A DNA stretch of 64,000 bases from contig NW_025963791.1 in the NCBI RefSeq assembly GCF_023055435.1, positions 35,836,001-35,900,000 on the forward strand. The letters are read 5' to 3'. Both the position numbers and the translations under genes were made by a program. This document shows, piece after piece, positions 15,201-27,200 of this stretch; the stretch's first letter is position 1; each line of letters opens with the position of its first letter. The DNA comes from Haliotis rufescens. Its lineage: Eukaryota. A model generated the notes under the pieces. That model made no database searches. It was not told the DNA's origin and saw nothing but the letters and a program-made list of their open reading frames with translations.

Positions 15201-18200
15201 CCAGTTCATGTTATATAGTAATACCTATATTATGGCTTTGAACAGGCAACTTATATTACACTGACCAATTTAAGTAAAATAAGTATAATCAAAATATTTT
15301 TTACGTTTGTATACTTATCGTGCAAACGACAAAGAAAACAGCGCCTAGCAATGACCCTTGATGAAGAAAAAATGTTGTTTCTGTTTTCAGTTTAGCCACA
15401 TGCGTGTCAAGGGAACCGTATGGCAAGTCAAGTGCTGAATGGTTATACTCGTTCAATCTTATCCATCAGAAAGAAATGAGAATTGAGGATAAATCCATGT
15501 AAACAAACAGCAAAAAGAAATTAGCGTAAGCTAAAATCTAACAAACTGTGTTACTGAGCCAAAGCTAAAATGCCTGATAATCCCCCTAACGGACATGTCA
15601 AAATAACACTGCGTGTATCGGGTAAGACTCTCCGGGCAGGAAGAGTTCATTACTTGCATCAGTGGTTGGTAACCTACTGGGCTACAAACGCCTTCGATGT
15701 CTTCAAGTCCCACACCTCAAAGATCATGGCTGGCTAAGACCTAAAAAATCATCCTTCCTTGATTGCTCTAATAGAACAGTTGCTATGTAGATCCATGGTT
15801 GAGGCGACCACTCTGATCTTGTGAGGATTATTCGCTTTCAGAGGATCAAGGTTAGCGATCAGGTAAGCCAGCAGGATGACTGCGCGTAACCATAGTGATA
15901 TGGTGTTGCGACTGACATTGGTTGTGGATGTCTGGAATAGGGGAATAAACAACCATTTCCTTGTGCCATGCCTAGTTTTACAGCAGGTGCCGATGTACTG
16001 GTAAGCGCTTGGGTTGTCTCCGGCGCTGGGGCAGTTGGTGGCAGGGCTGGCTGGTACAGAGGCCAGTTGACTAAGCGTCGAAGACATTGCAGGTCTGGCT
16101 AGAAGCCTGGATGATGTAGTCATAGTCGGTGAGCCCGGTAGGGTGTAGATAGATGTAGGTTGAGGTGATAACCGGGGAAAAGTGGCTCGAAGCCACCTGC
16201 AAATCTGGCATGGACTGCTGTAGAATATATTGTGCATGACCTGTCTATGACTTGAGAAACTTGACGGGAGAAAGGTGAACAAAAATTACATATTAAATTC
16301 GGAGTGCACACACAAGTGCAATCTAAACAACGTGGATGAGGATCTTTGAGGATTTTTTGTCACGACAATTAATGCACTGCGCAAGCATGTATTACACAAA
16401 ACTTGAAATTGTAGTGAAAGTAGATTTGTACATACCGATAACAAAACCAAAGTTTAAAATCAGCAAAAATATGAGTTTGAAGTGTATCAACAACAAATGT
16501 GAAAACTCTAGATAATGCCAAAAAGGCTAAAGGTATTTATACAAACACAATGTAATACCTAGCTGTATTAGATTAACATTAATATACCTATAATGATATA
16601 TGATCCATAATTATCCGTCAGGATACTAGCATCTTAGACTATCAGCATTGTACATCTATACTCATGCGCGGCATGAGTCCCAGTAAGCCATCAGCCTGTA
16701 CAGACGTCTCTTAATATATCAGTAAACAGTGATTAACCAAACCCAGCGTTCGTTATGCAGTTCTCAGCTGATACAACAACCTGAGAATATTACATGGTGG
16801 CAGCAAGTGAGAAACGTATCTCGCCGACTTTAGAACTGTGAATTGTGAATATTCACCGCTGAAACAACGTTGGAAGAGATGTGTATACATCGAACAGTTT
16901 GGACACTGAACAGAAAAAAAACACGCAAAATCATCTGTTAAATTTGGCTTCGTCACCCTGTTTGTTTGATCATTTAGGATAAGTGATGGTGCTGAAATTG
17001 CAGAATTTTCATTGTTTGGAAAAACAGACAAAATTAGGGGACTCACAATTGAGACGTTGGGCTGACAGGTGAACTGAATAAATAGATCTAGATCTATCAA
17101 ATATCATATATCAGTGAGTGCTTCGAAATTGTGCGCGAGAGTGAAATATCATATTCTTAGGCATTCATAAGGATATTCATGGATTGGAATAACACTCTAT
17201 CGCAGTAAGCAAGAAATGTATGTACTCTGAACATGAACTGTCGTCTGTAACGACGCACCGCCATTTTGAAGAATCTGTCATCGGAACTGTATTCAAAATC
17301 ATTCAATCTACCGGTGTATGTGAATACTTCTCATAACAAATATCATCGTTCACTAGAACTGGATTATTGGGAACACATTTCTTGAATTGAAGATGTATTA
17401 TTTGACATTATTAGAACTTTCATGTTATCTCAGAACGTTGGTTGAAAAACCCGCGAAAAGTAATAAGCAGCAGAGTAAAATGACGTCACAAGATTGCCGG
17501 ATATGACGTACCGGACATAAGTTCTTCTTCCGGAAAAAATGTAAACAAACACACATATTCATCGGGAAACTTCATAATAGTGACAATTCATAACCTTTTG
17601 AACTTTTGACTTGATCATTGACAACAATATGGATTCTGGACCTAAGATGGACTGGTCTAACCCAGACCAAGTGGGAGCTTTCATATTTTACTGTATACCG
17701 GTGATGAAGGTTTGAAGATGTTCAACTCATGGTGTTTGTCAGAAGAAGAAAAGAATAATCCAGAAAAAGTTTGGAACAAATTTCAGAGTCAGATAGAGCC
17801 TAAAATAAACTTTCGTGTTCAACGATTTTATCTACAGAGATACAGACAAGGAGAAAATGAGAGTATTGATGATTTTGTAACAAGAAGTAAACTACAAGCA
17901 TTCAAGTGCAGATTTACAGAAGCAGAGTTTAGTGAGAGGCTTATTGAACAGTTAATTATCGGCACTAGATATCCTGAATTACAGAAGGAAATGCTAGGGA
18001 ATGAACATACCCTTACATAAGAAAAAGCCATTGAATGTGGGCGTACTCATGAAGCATCAATCCAACACATGGCACAGTTACAGGATGTTCACACTCAACA
18101 GAATGGAATTCATGCCATACAGAGAGACAGACAGCAATGTGGATCATGCGGAGGATCGCACCACATCAAACAGAAATGCCCTGCCATAGGAACAACTTGT

Positions 18201-21200
18201 TCTAATTGTGGTGGCAAGAATCACTGGAAATATGTTTTTAGATCAAAATACAGAGGATCACGGAGAGGCAGAGGATGTGGAAGACATGAATATAACCACA
18301 GATCCCAATCAAGGCCTGGAAGAAAGTAGTTTGGAAAAGATTATCATTACAAAAGAAGAAATGTTGATGCAGTCGTAAATGAATGGACTGATGACTATGC
18401 CGAACTTAGTGAAGAATTTGAGGAACTCAGAATCTCGTCAGTGAACACTGAAGATGACGGAGACGAAGTATTTGCAAGACTGGACATTGAACTTGCAAAT
18501 AGAAGAAAAGAAATAAAGACGGAATTGAAAGTAAAAGTGGACACAGGTGCACAAGGAAATATTCTTCCACTACGGATATTCAGACGCATGTTCCCAGAGA
18601 AAATAGATACAGTAGGATACCCTATACCTGGATCAGTACAAGCAAAACCAGGAACAATCCTCACAGCATATAACGGAACAAGGATTCCACAGTATGGAAT
18701 GATCGCATTACCATATCGATACATGAATGTAAACTGGATGCATGCCAAGTTCTACGTAGCAGAAACTGATGGCCCAGCAATCTTAGGATTTTGTAGAATT
18801 TTCCTATTCGGAATATTCTATAAGTAATACGTTACCACTGTTATACCGAGGCTGTTGTCTCCCACAACTGCTGCTATAGCGAAATCTACCACAGAGATCT
18901 CAATTACCTCATGCAGCACGTGCGTAGCCACCTAGCTGCCATGTGACACCCTTCACTCTTGTCTCCTGCGAGAGCAAGTGCTCGGGGGACGGACGGGCGG
19001 GCAGCAGCCCAGTGGTAACGTATTACTTATAGAATATTCCGAATAGGAAAATTCTACAAATTACATTAAGTAATACGTTACCACTGTTATACCGAGGCTG
19101 ACTACCACAGTAGGCGGTGGGGAGCACCTACAACCCGAATCCTGACTGCTAGCGTTCCTTCCGACCAGCGGAAGTAAACACCAAGGCGGAAGCACTCGAT
19201 GCGCATGCACCTAGCTAGGCGTTACCCTATGGGAATACCAAAGCACTGTCAAGCGCATACCGTAAGGCTCAATCGTCAATGCCAAAACGATTGGTGACTC
19301 CAAACGGCCCCACTGGATAGGTATTTCATCGCCGCAGCGGATGAGAACACTGTATCCGCATGAGCTAAATCTTAGATCAGGTTAAACAGTCGAAAAGAGG
19401 GAAATTAATTTCCTTCAGACCGTATATCCCAGAGCAAGCCTACTTAAAGTATGCATTAGGCGCGTGACCTAATTCCAGTATTCGTAAGCATGTATCGCAA
19501 GGTTGGAATACACGACAGACAATTAAATGCATAATTGTCAAAATACAAATAAGGACAAAACACACAAAAAGCCGCCTCACCTGTGGTGTGAGTGCGCTGG
19601 TTTGCAGGACCCCCACTCCTGTACCTACGGCGTGGGAACATTGGAGACGACCCAGATTGACCACCGTGCAAGGACTGACGACTGCGGAGTTTGGAATTGC
19701 GCTGGACACACCCCCTAGATGGCCGCTTGTGCCGCGATCAGCGGCCCAAGACGGTGCACCCCCTCCACGTCTTCATCAGAAACCTTTCTGAGGTAATGAT
19801 TGGCAAAAACCGAGTCAGAACGCCAGTAACAACCTCGTAATATTCTGTGAACAGAGATATTCGAGTGTAGGGCAAATGTTGCCGCTAGCGCCCTGATCTC
19901 GTGCGGGTTTGACCCCGCTACCGGTAACCCCCGAGACCGGTACGCCAGATTGATGACAGAACGAAGCCACAACGCAATCGAGTTGCGAGTTATGTCAACC
20001 GTGCGATTAGGGTTACACGATATGAACAGACGGTCACGCCCTTGTCTACGTTCATTCGAAGCCTTAAGATAATACTTAAGGGCCCTAACCGGACACAGCG
20101 CTCTGTCCTCAGTATCAGCAGGATGTAAGATTTCTTTGAGGGATCTTACAGTGAATTCTCTCTCCGTTTGCCCGACTCTCTGATTCTTGGCGACGAAGCC
20201 CATGAGCAGGCCCAGGCGGACCGCTCCTTCGTCACCCCTATCGAATCGTACCTTGGCGACATCGAGTGCATGAATTTCGGATACACGTGCCGCCGTGGCA
20301 AAGGAGAGGAGAAATGCTGTTTTCCAAGTCACATGCCGGAACGAAGCACTATGCAAGGGTTCATACGGAGCTTCCGTAAGTGATTGCAACACTAGGGAAA
20401 GATCCCAGGCCGGTGCCCGAAGGCGGCCCTTCTTAAGATCGTGCTGTTTGAAACCCTTGATAATACCCCGTATCACCGGCTCTTTGGAGAGACTGGTACC
20501 CATAGCAACGTCCCGTACCGTAGCAACGGACGAGACATAGTTGGCAATGGAACCCCCGGAGAGTTTCCGGGTCTCTCGCAAGTGAGACATGAAACGAGCA
20601 ATATCCTGCACAGATACCTTATCTGGCGAATGAATGTGATGTTTACAACACCACTTCGTGAAAATAACCAAACGTGCATTATACACCTTCTGGGTAGAAT
20701 CACGATGCATACTAACGTATGCCCGAGACGCCCGGCGAGAAAAACCTTTAATCCTCAGACGCTCGGTGACAACATCCACGCATGCAGATTGAACTGCCCT
20801 GCGTTTGGATGAAGCTGACGGGTGTGAGGGTGGATCAAGAGATCCGGTCTCACAGGCAGTGGGAGTGGCGACTGCGTGACCTGGGTCAGCAAGTCGGGGT
20901 ACCACGATCTGTTCGGCCACATGGGCGCGATCAGTAACATTCGACAGCGAACTCCTCGAAGCCGGCTTAGAATGTGTGGTATCAACGCTGTCGGCGGGTA
21001 AGCATAAGCGTCCAAGCCCGTCCAGTCTAACGCGAGAGCATCGTGATCGATGGCCCTCGGGTCCGGGACTGGTGATACAAACAACGGGAGTTGATTGTTG
21101 AACCGTGTTGCGAACAGGTCGACCATCGGACGACCCAAACGTTCGCACAGCCACTGAAACACTACTGGGTTCAGCATCCACTCTGTGGGGCTCGGATCCT

Positions 21201-24200
21201 GAGGCCTCGATAGAGCATCGGCCAGTACGTTCCGCACACCTGGGATGTGACGGGCGCGTATCTGGCACGGGACACTGTCCACCAGAGCGTAAAACTCGAA
21301 CGTGAGATCGAGTAGCGAGTGACTGTGGGTTCCCCCCAGTTTGTTCACATAGGACACTACCGTCGTGTTGTCGGTCGCCAGCATGAGCCGGGCGTCGACG
21401 AGACGATGCTTCCAGTGATTGACTGCGTTGATCACTGCCTTGAACTCGAGACAATTGATGTGAAGACCTAGTTCGTCTACGCACCACAGCCCCGAGCTCA
21501 CCACCCCCTCTAGATGGGCGCCCCAGCCCACTAGAGAGGTGTCTGTATACAGGTTCAACGTGGCCCGGTAGGGCCGCATAGAGACTCCTGATAAGACATT
21601 GTAAGGGAGCGTCCACCACTCCAGATGCGGTCGGAGCCGATCCGGGAGGGCGACGGTCGCACTGTTCACCTCCGTTGCTAACAACTGGATTAAAAACCGT
21701 TGCAGCGGGCGGAGTTGGAGACGACCCCGTTCGGTGCAGTCCTGGGCTGATACAAGTAGCCCTAACAGCTGTTCCCAAAAGTGAACAGTCTGTTGCACCG
21801 CTAAGACTTTGGCAATCATCGCCTGAATTTTGTGCCACCGGTCTGGGGGGACAAAGAGGCGATGGGACACCGTGTTGAACCGACCTCCGATGAACTGCAA
21901 GTTCTGAGAAGGGGTTAACTCGCTCTTGGGGAGATTGACAATCCACCCCAATTGCTCCAAGAGCTGACGTGCGAAAACGAGATGGCGTGACAGGGTGTCC
22001 GTCATTCGATTTGCTACTAGCGAGTCGTCCAGGTACGCGAAGTACCGGACACCCCTCCGGTGGAGGAACCCCACTATGGGGGTGGTTAACCGGGTGAACA
22101 GCCAGGGAGCGGATGAAAGACCGAATGGGAGGACAACCCACTCGTAGTGCCTGCCTTGAAAGACAAACCTGAGATACTTGTGATGATCCGAGTGAATCGG
22201 AACATGCAGATAAGCATCCTTCAGGTCGATCGAAGCTAGCCAGTCGGCCGGCATGATCAGTGCTTTCAGGTCCGTCAAGCTCAACATTCTGAACTTGGGC
22301 GGTTTGCGCAGGTAGAACTCGTTGAACGATTTCAAGTTGTGAATCATTCTGAGTTCGGCACTGTCCTTCTTGGGAACGAGAAATATCCTGGAGTAAAACC
22401 CCGGTGTTATTTCTGGTAGAGCTAACTCCCGAACTGCCCTCTTCTCCACCAACCTGCCGATGGCATCGGCGAGGAAGGGAAGATCGGTTTCCGAATAGAA
22501 ACCTGCCGACGGGGCAACGGTGAGCGGCGGATTCGCTTTGAGATCGAGCCGATAGCCGTACCGAATCGTGTTGACCACCCACGGGTCGTCGAACACTTGT
22601 TCCCAATTCTCCCAGTAAGTCTGGAGTCTGGCTCCCACTGGGGAAAGAGAGGGGGGCCGGACGGGCTGCGGCAGGCGCAACTTTCCAGGGCCAAGTGACT
22701 CGGGTTCGCCTACGGGCCAACCGAAGTTGGCGCTGTCGGCATACGAACCCCTCCAATGAGAGTCACCTGGAGGGGCCCTTGCCGTCCTTAGACGACTTGG
22801 GCTTCCCCCAGTTCCCCTTCTTCCCGCGAAAGGGCTGCTGAGAACCCTTACCGGAGCCCTCAGAGCGGGGCTTCTTCCCGGAGGAAGAAGGACCCGACCC
22901 CTTAGGCCTGCCGGACGCAGCATCCTGGGGCGCGCTCCGCTTCGGAGCGGCACCCAGGCGCCTATGCAAGGACCCCACAAGATCCAGTGTGTGCCGAGAG
23001 GCCTCGGCAGACACAGCGGCCTGTTGTTCCTTCAGAACCCCAGGGATCTTGTTATTAAACAGGGTCCGAGCAGACCAAGGCTGCGAAAGGAGCACCTCCT
23101 GATTAGCAGCGTCCAACCCTGAAGCAACCAGATACGACTGGCGCCGAAGAAAATGGCACGTGCCGGAAACAAAGGCCAAAGCCCCGGCAACGTACTCCAG
23201 GGAAGCATTCAAACCGAGCAAGCAGTTGTAAATGCGCTGGTCTCGGTCCGTGGGAGAACCTTCGACCAGACTGGCCGCTGCAGCCAGGTATGTGTCTCCG
23301 TGAGACATTGCCAGCATGGAGTGTCGAGCGAGGGTGTCCAGCTGTTGCAAGGTACCTTGTGGTACCGTGGCAACCGGTGGGGCACGGACCCCCAAACGCT
23401 CCACATGGGCTTCCGCAGAAGGACCAGCCTCGGGAAAGGCAAGGTCATGTACTGGGAAAGACCCTTTTCTCCACGACGGGGGAGGTAACGGGAGACCCCG
23501 ACCGGAGGCAGCCGTGAAGGCCTTCTCCAAAGAAGGCTTAATCCCGCGCAGCAAGGTTGATGCCGGGAAAGCCTTGTCGGACGTCTCGCCGTATACCTCG
23601 GAGGAACCCACGGAACCGTGGATTCCCCGCGGTATCGGCAGGGGCTTTGGCATGTCCTCAAAGAGGTCATACACCATGGCAACGCGGTCCTTAACTGATA
23701 GCGGAAGCAACGGTTCGGGGGAAGGACCGGTAACCACGGCAGCCGCCGCCGTACCGGTGGACCCCGCGTCCGAACCCGCGGCCACCGAAGAGGCCGGGGA
23801 CGGAACAGCCAGCGGCCTATCTTGCGATAAGGCCGCCAGCTTGGAGTCCACGAGTTTCGACAATAATGCGGCGACGGAATCCCCAGACAGCCCGAGGGCC
23901 GCGAGGGGATCCGCCGCAGCCGAGGAGGTGGTACCCGCACGGGGACCCCGACCGGACGAACCGGCCACCACAGGGGTGGAGACGGACTGTACGTACAGCC
24001 GGTACCGCTCAAACTCCGCAGGCCCCAGACCTTCGCACAGGGTACACCGGGTGTCCCCGCAAGGAACCCTGCACCGCGGGCAACGATTGTGGGCATCCCG
24101 GGAAGACAAAAACTTTCTGCACACCCCACAACTCCGAGGAGCAGGGGTAGAGGGGGTGGATACTGGGGACATATCCATGTCAGACATTGATTGTTTGCTA

Positions 24201-27200
24201 TAAACAAAGAACAAAACATGGTTACAACGCACGCACCACAACGATTCACAAACGAGCATTTTCACAAGAAAATAAACGAGCAATGTGAACATATTACATA
24301 CACATATAACTTTTATTAAAGAAATAAGTTATGTTAACCCCCAAAACATACAAGAACAGGGGAAACGTAAAACACAACGTGCATACGCGAACCCCGCAAG
24401 TATATAGAAAAAAGGGCGGGAAAATTATAACCAAGCGTAGCTACCGAAACACCCCATAAAAGCACAGTTTATTAGAGAATAAACTATAATAAATATCACC
24501 AAATCTTCAAGGAACGCTTCAGCAGGAGAAAACACGTCTTGCTAAGCAGACGAAGGAGACAAGAGTGAAGGGTGTCACATGGCAGCTAGGTGGCTACGCA
24601 CGTGCTGCATGAGGTAATTGAGATCTCTGTGGTAGATTTCGCTATAGCAGCAGTTGTGGGAGACAACAGCCTCGGTATAACAGTGGTAACGTATTACTTA
24701 ATGTAATAAAAGACTGTAAAATATGAAACTGATAACAATAAACTGCGCCATTGACAAGAAAACAGAAGACAATGCTCCTGAGCAGAAGATAAGAGAAAAC
24801 AGCATCAATAAAGATGACAGAACTACAAAGAATCTAACAAACATCAAATCAATAGAAGATTTGAAATCACAGTACCCAGACAGATTTGATACCATAGGCA
24901 ATTTTCCCGGAACATATCATACGGATCCAGAAGTTAGTCCAGTAGTTCACTCGCCAAGAAAGTGCCCAATTCAGTTGAAAGATGAAATCAAAGAAGAGTT
25001 GACAAAGATGGAAAACCAAGGGGTTATCAAAAGAGTTATGGAACCAACAGACTGGGTATCAAGCCTTGTATATTCACGCAAACAAAGCGGTGGATTAAGG
25101 ATCTGTTTGGACCCAAAAGACTTGAATCTAGCCATAAAAGGGTGTCATCATAAAACACCAACACTAGAAGCGATTACCCATAAATTTGCTGGATCTACTA
25201 CATTTTCAAAGATGGATACAAAGAATGGATATTGGTCCATACAACTTGATGAGGAGAGCAGCATGCTGACAATATTTCATAGCCCCTTTAAGAGATACAG
25301 ATTCCTACGAATGCCATTCGGACTTGCTATGTCACAAGACGTGTTCCAACAGAAAATGGATATCATACTAGAGAAATGCCCAGGAACACTCGGAATATCA
25401 GATGATGTCGCCGTTCACTGCATAACAGAAGAAGAGCATGATGCCAATCTTGACAACCTCATGAAGACAGCTAAAGAACATGGACTTGTATTCAACAGCC
25501 CAAAGTGTGAAATCAAAGTAAAGCAGATCAGCTTTTTTGGCATGGTAAAGATGAGAGAGGAGCTCACCCAGACCCAAAGAAAGTTGAAGACATAAAGTCA
25601 ATCAAGACACCACAGACCCCAAAAGAATTACAAGAATTCCTTGGCATAGTAAATTACATCAGACCTGCAGCCCCACCAAGATTACAGAGAATGCTTCTAC
25701 GTCTCCAAAACTATGATGTCAAAATCAGATACAGACCAGGAAATGAAATGTCACTGGCTGATGGGCTATCAAGACTACCAAATAATAAGAATACAAGAGA
25801 AATTCACTTGGACGTCAAGGTTAGCCCAGTACAGTTTTCATCAGACAAGCTAACAACGCTAAAGTCATGCACAAGTCAAGACCAAACGCTCAGCGAACTA
25901 CGAGACATGATTGTTGAAGGATGGCCTAGCACATTCAAAGAAATACCAGGACCAATCCGCCCGTACTGGTGTTACAGAGATGATTTATCAGTTGAAGATG
26001 GCCTCATCCCTAAAGGAGAGAGTCATAATTCCCCAAGAAATGCAACATGAAGTACTACAGAAGATACATGCAGGTCACCAAGGTGCAACCAAGTGCAAAT
26101 TGAGAGCCAGATCATGTGTATTCTGGGATGGAATAAACAAAGATATTGATCAAGCTGTAAAATCATGCCCTACATGCCAAAGGCTTACAAGCTAAAGAAA
26201 CCCTGATGCCTCATGAGATCCCAACAAGACCATGGAAGATATTAGGTACAGACCTATTTCATCATCATAACAACGAGTTTCTTATCGTCGCAAACTACTA
26301 CTCAAAGTTTCCAGTCATAAGAAAGTTACCAAAGCCCTGCACCAGTATTGCTGTAATCACAGCTACTAAGAGTATATTTGCAGAACATGGAGTACCAGAC
26401 AAAATAATCAGCGATAATGGCAGACACTTTGATAGCAAAGATTACAGAAAGTTTGCTGAAGAGTGGTGTTTCGACCACACAACCAGTTCACCACATTACC
26501 CCCAGTCAAATGGCTTCATAGAAAGGTCTATCAAGACAGTGAAGAGTACCCTAATAAAGTCTAAAGAAGAACATATGGATCCTTATATGGCGCTGCTGTG
26601 TCTAAGGACCACACCAATAGATAATTACCTACCATCACCAGGAGAATTACTCAGCGGTAGAAGATTTAAAAGTAACCTACCATGCAAGATGCACAACAAC
26701 AAACATGACAGAGACAACATCCAAGATAACCTGAAAATGCGTCAAGACTCACAGAGAATGTATCATGACAGGCAAGCCCACGACTTGCCACCATTAACTG
26801 GACAGAGAGTCCCTATTCAAGATCAAACAACAGGACTGTGGACTCCAGGTACTGTCAAGCAGAAGTGCACAGAGCCAAGGTCATACTTAATTGAAACTCC
26901 AATATTACACTAGCCAAAGAATTGCAAACAATAATGACTGCCTCGAATATAGGAGACAAACATGTAATGCAATTACAAAATGGCGGGAAACGAGACATGA
27001 ACAAAAAAAAGACAAAGTCTTTTCATGTGGAAAACATACAGATTATTTAGAAAAGAGAACATAAAATGAAGAGGTATACTTGACCCATTGCCGACAAAAT
27101 TTAACGGGGCAGTAGAGCGATAACAACAAAATTAAGCCAAAAGTTGAGTAACAAAACAGGGCACAACATGTCTTTTTGGCGACAAGCAGCAATGTGACCA

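Larger units (their letters stand above)
18790..24706 (-). mobile_element. Full-length DIRS1-like tyrosine-recombinase retrotransposon
   Basis: Inverted terminal repeats, internal complementary region, three open ORFs (gag, RT/RNaseH/MT, YR), no target-site duplication. Confidence 0.96.

Noticed and set aside
17100-17628. Possible Gypsy 5' LTR and primer-binding site
   Set aside because: No matching 3' LTR after 26913 and no clear PBS, so boundaries cannot be supported
23316-24203. 295-aa plus-strand ORF (and the 346-aa alternate-frame ORF 23209-24249)
   Set aside because: Shadow frames of the GC-rich DIRS gag, with no recognisable motifs
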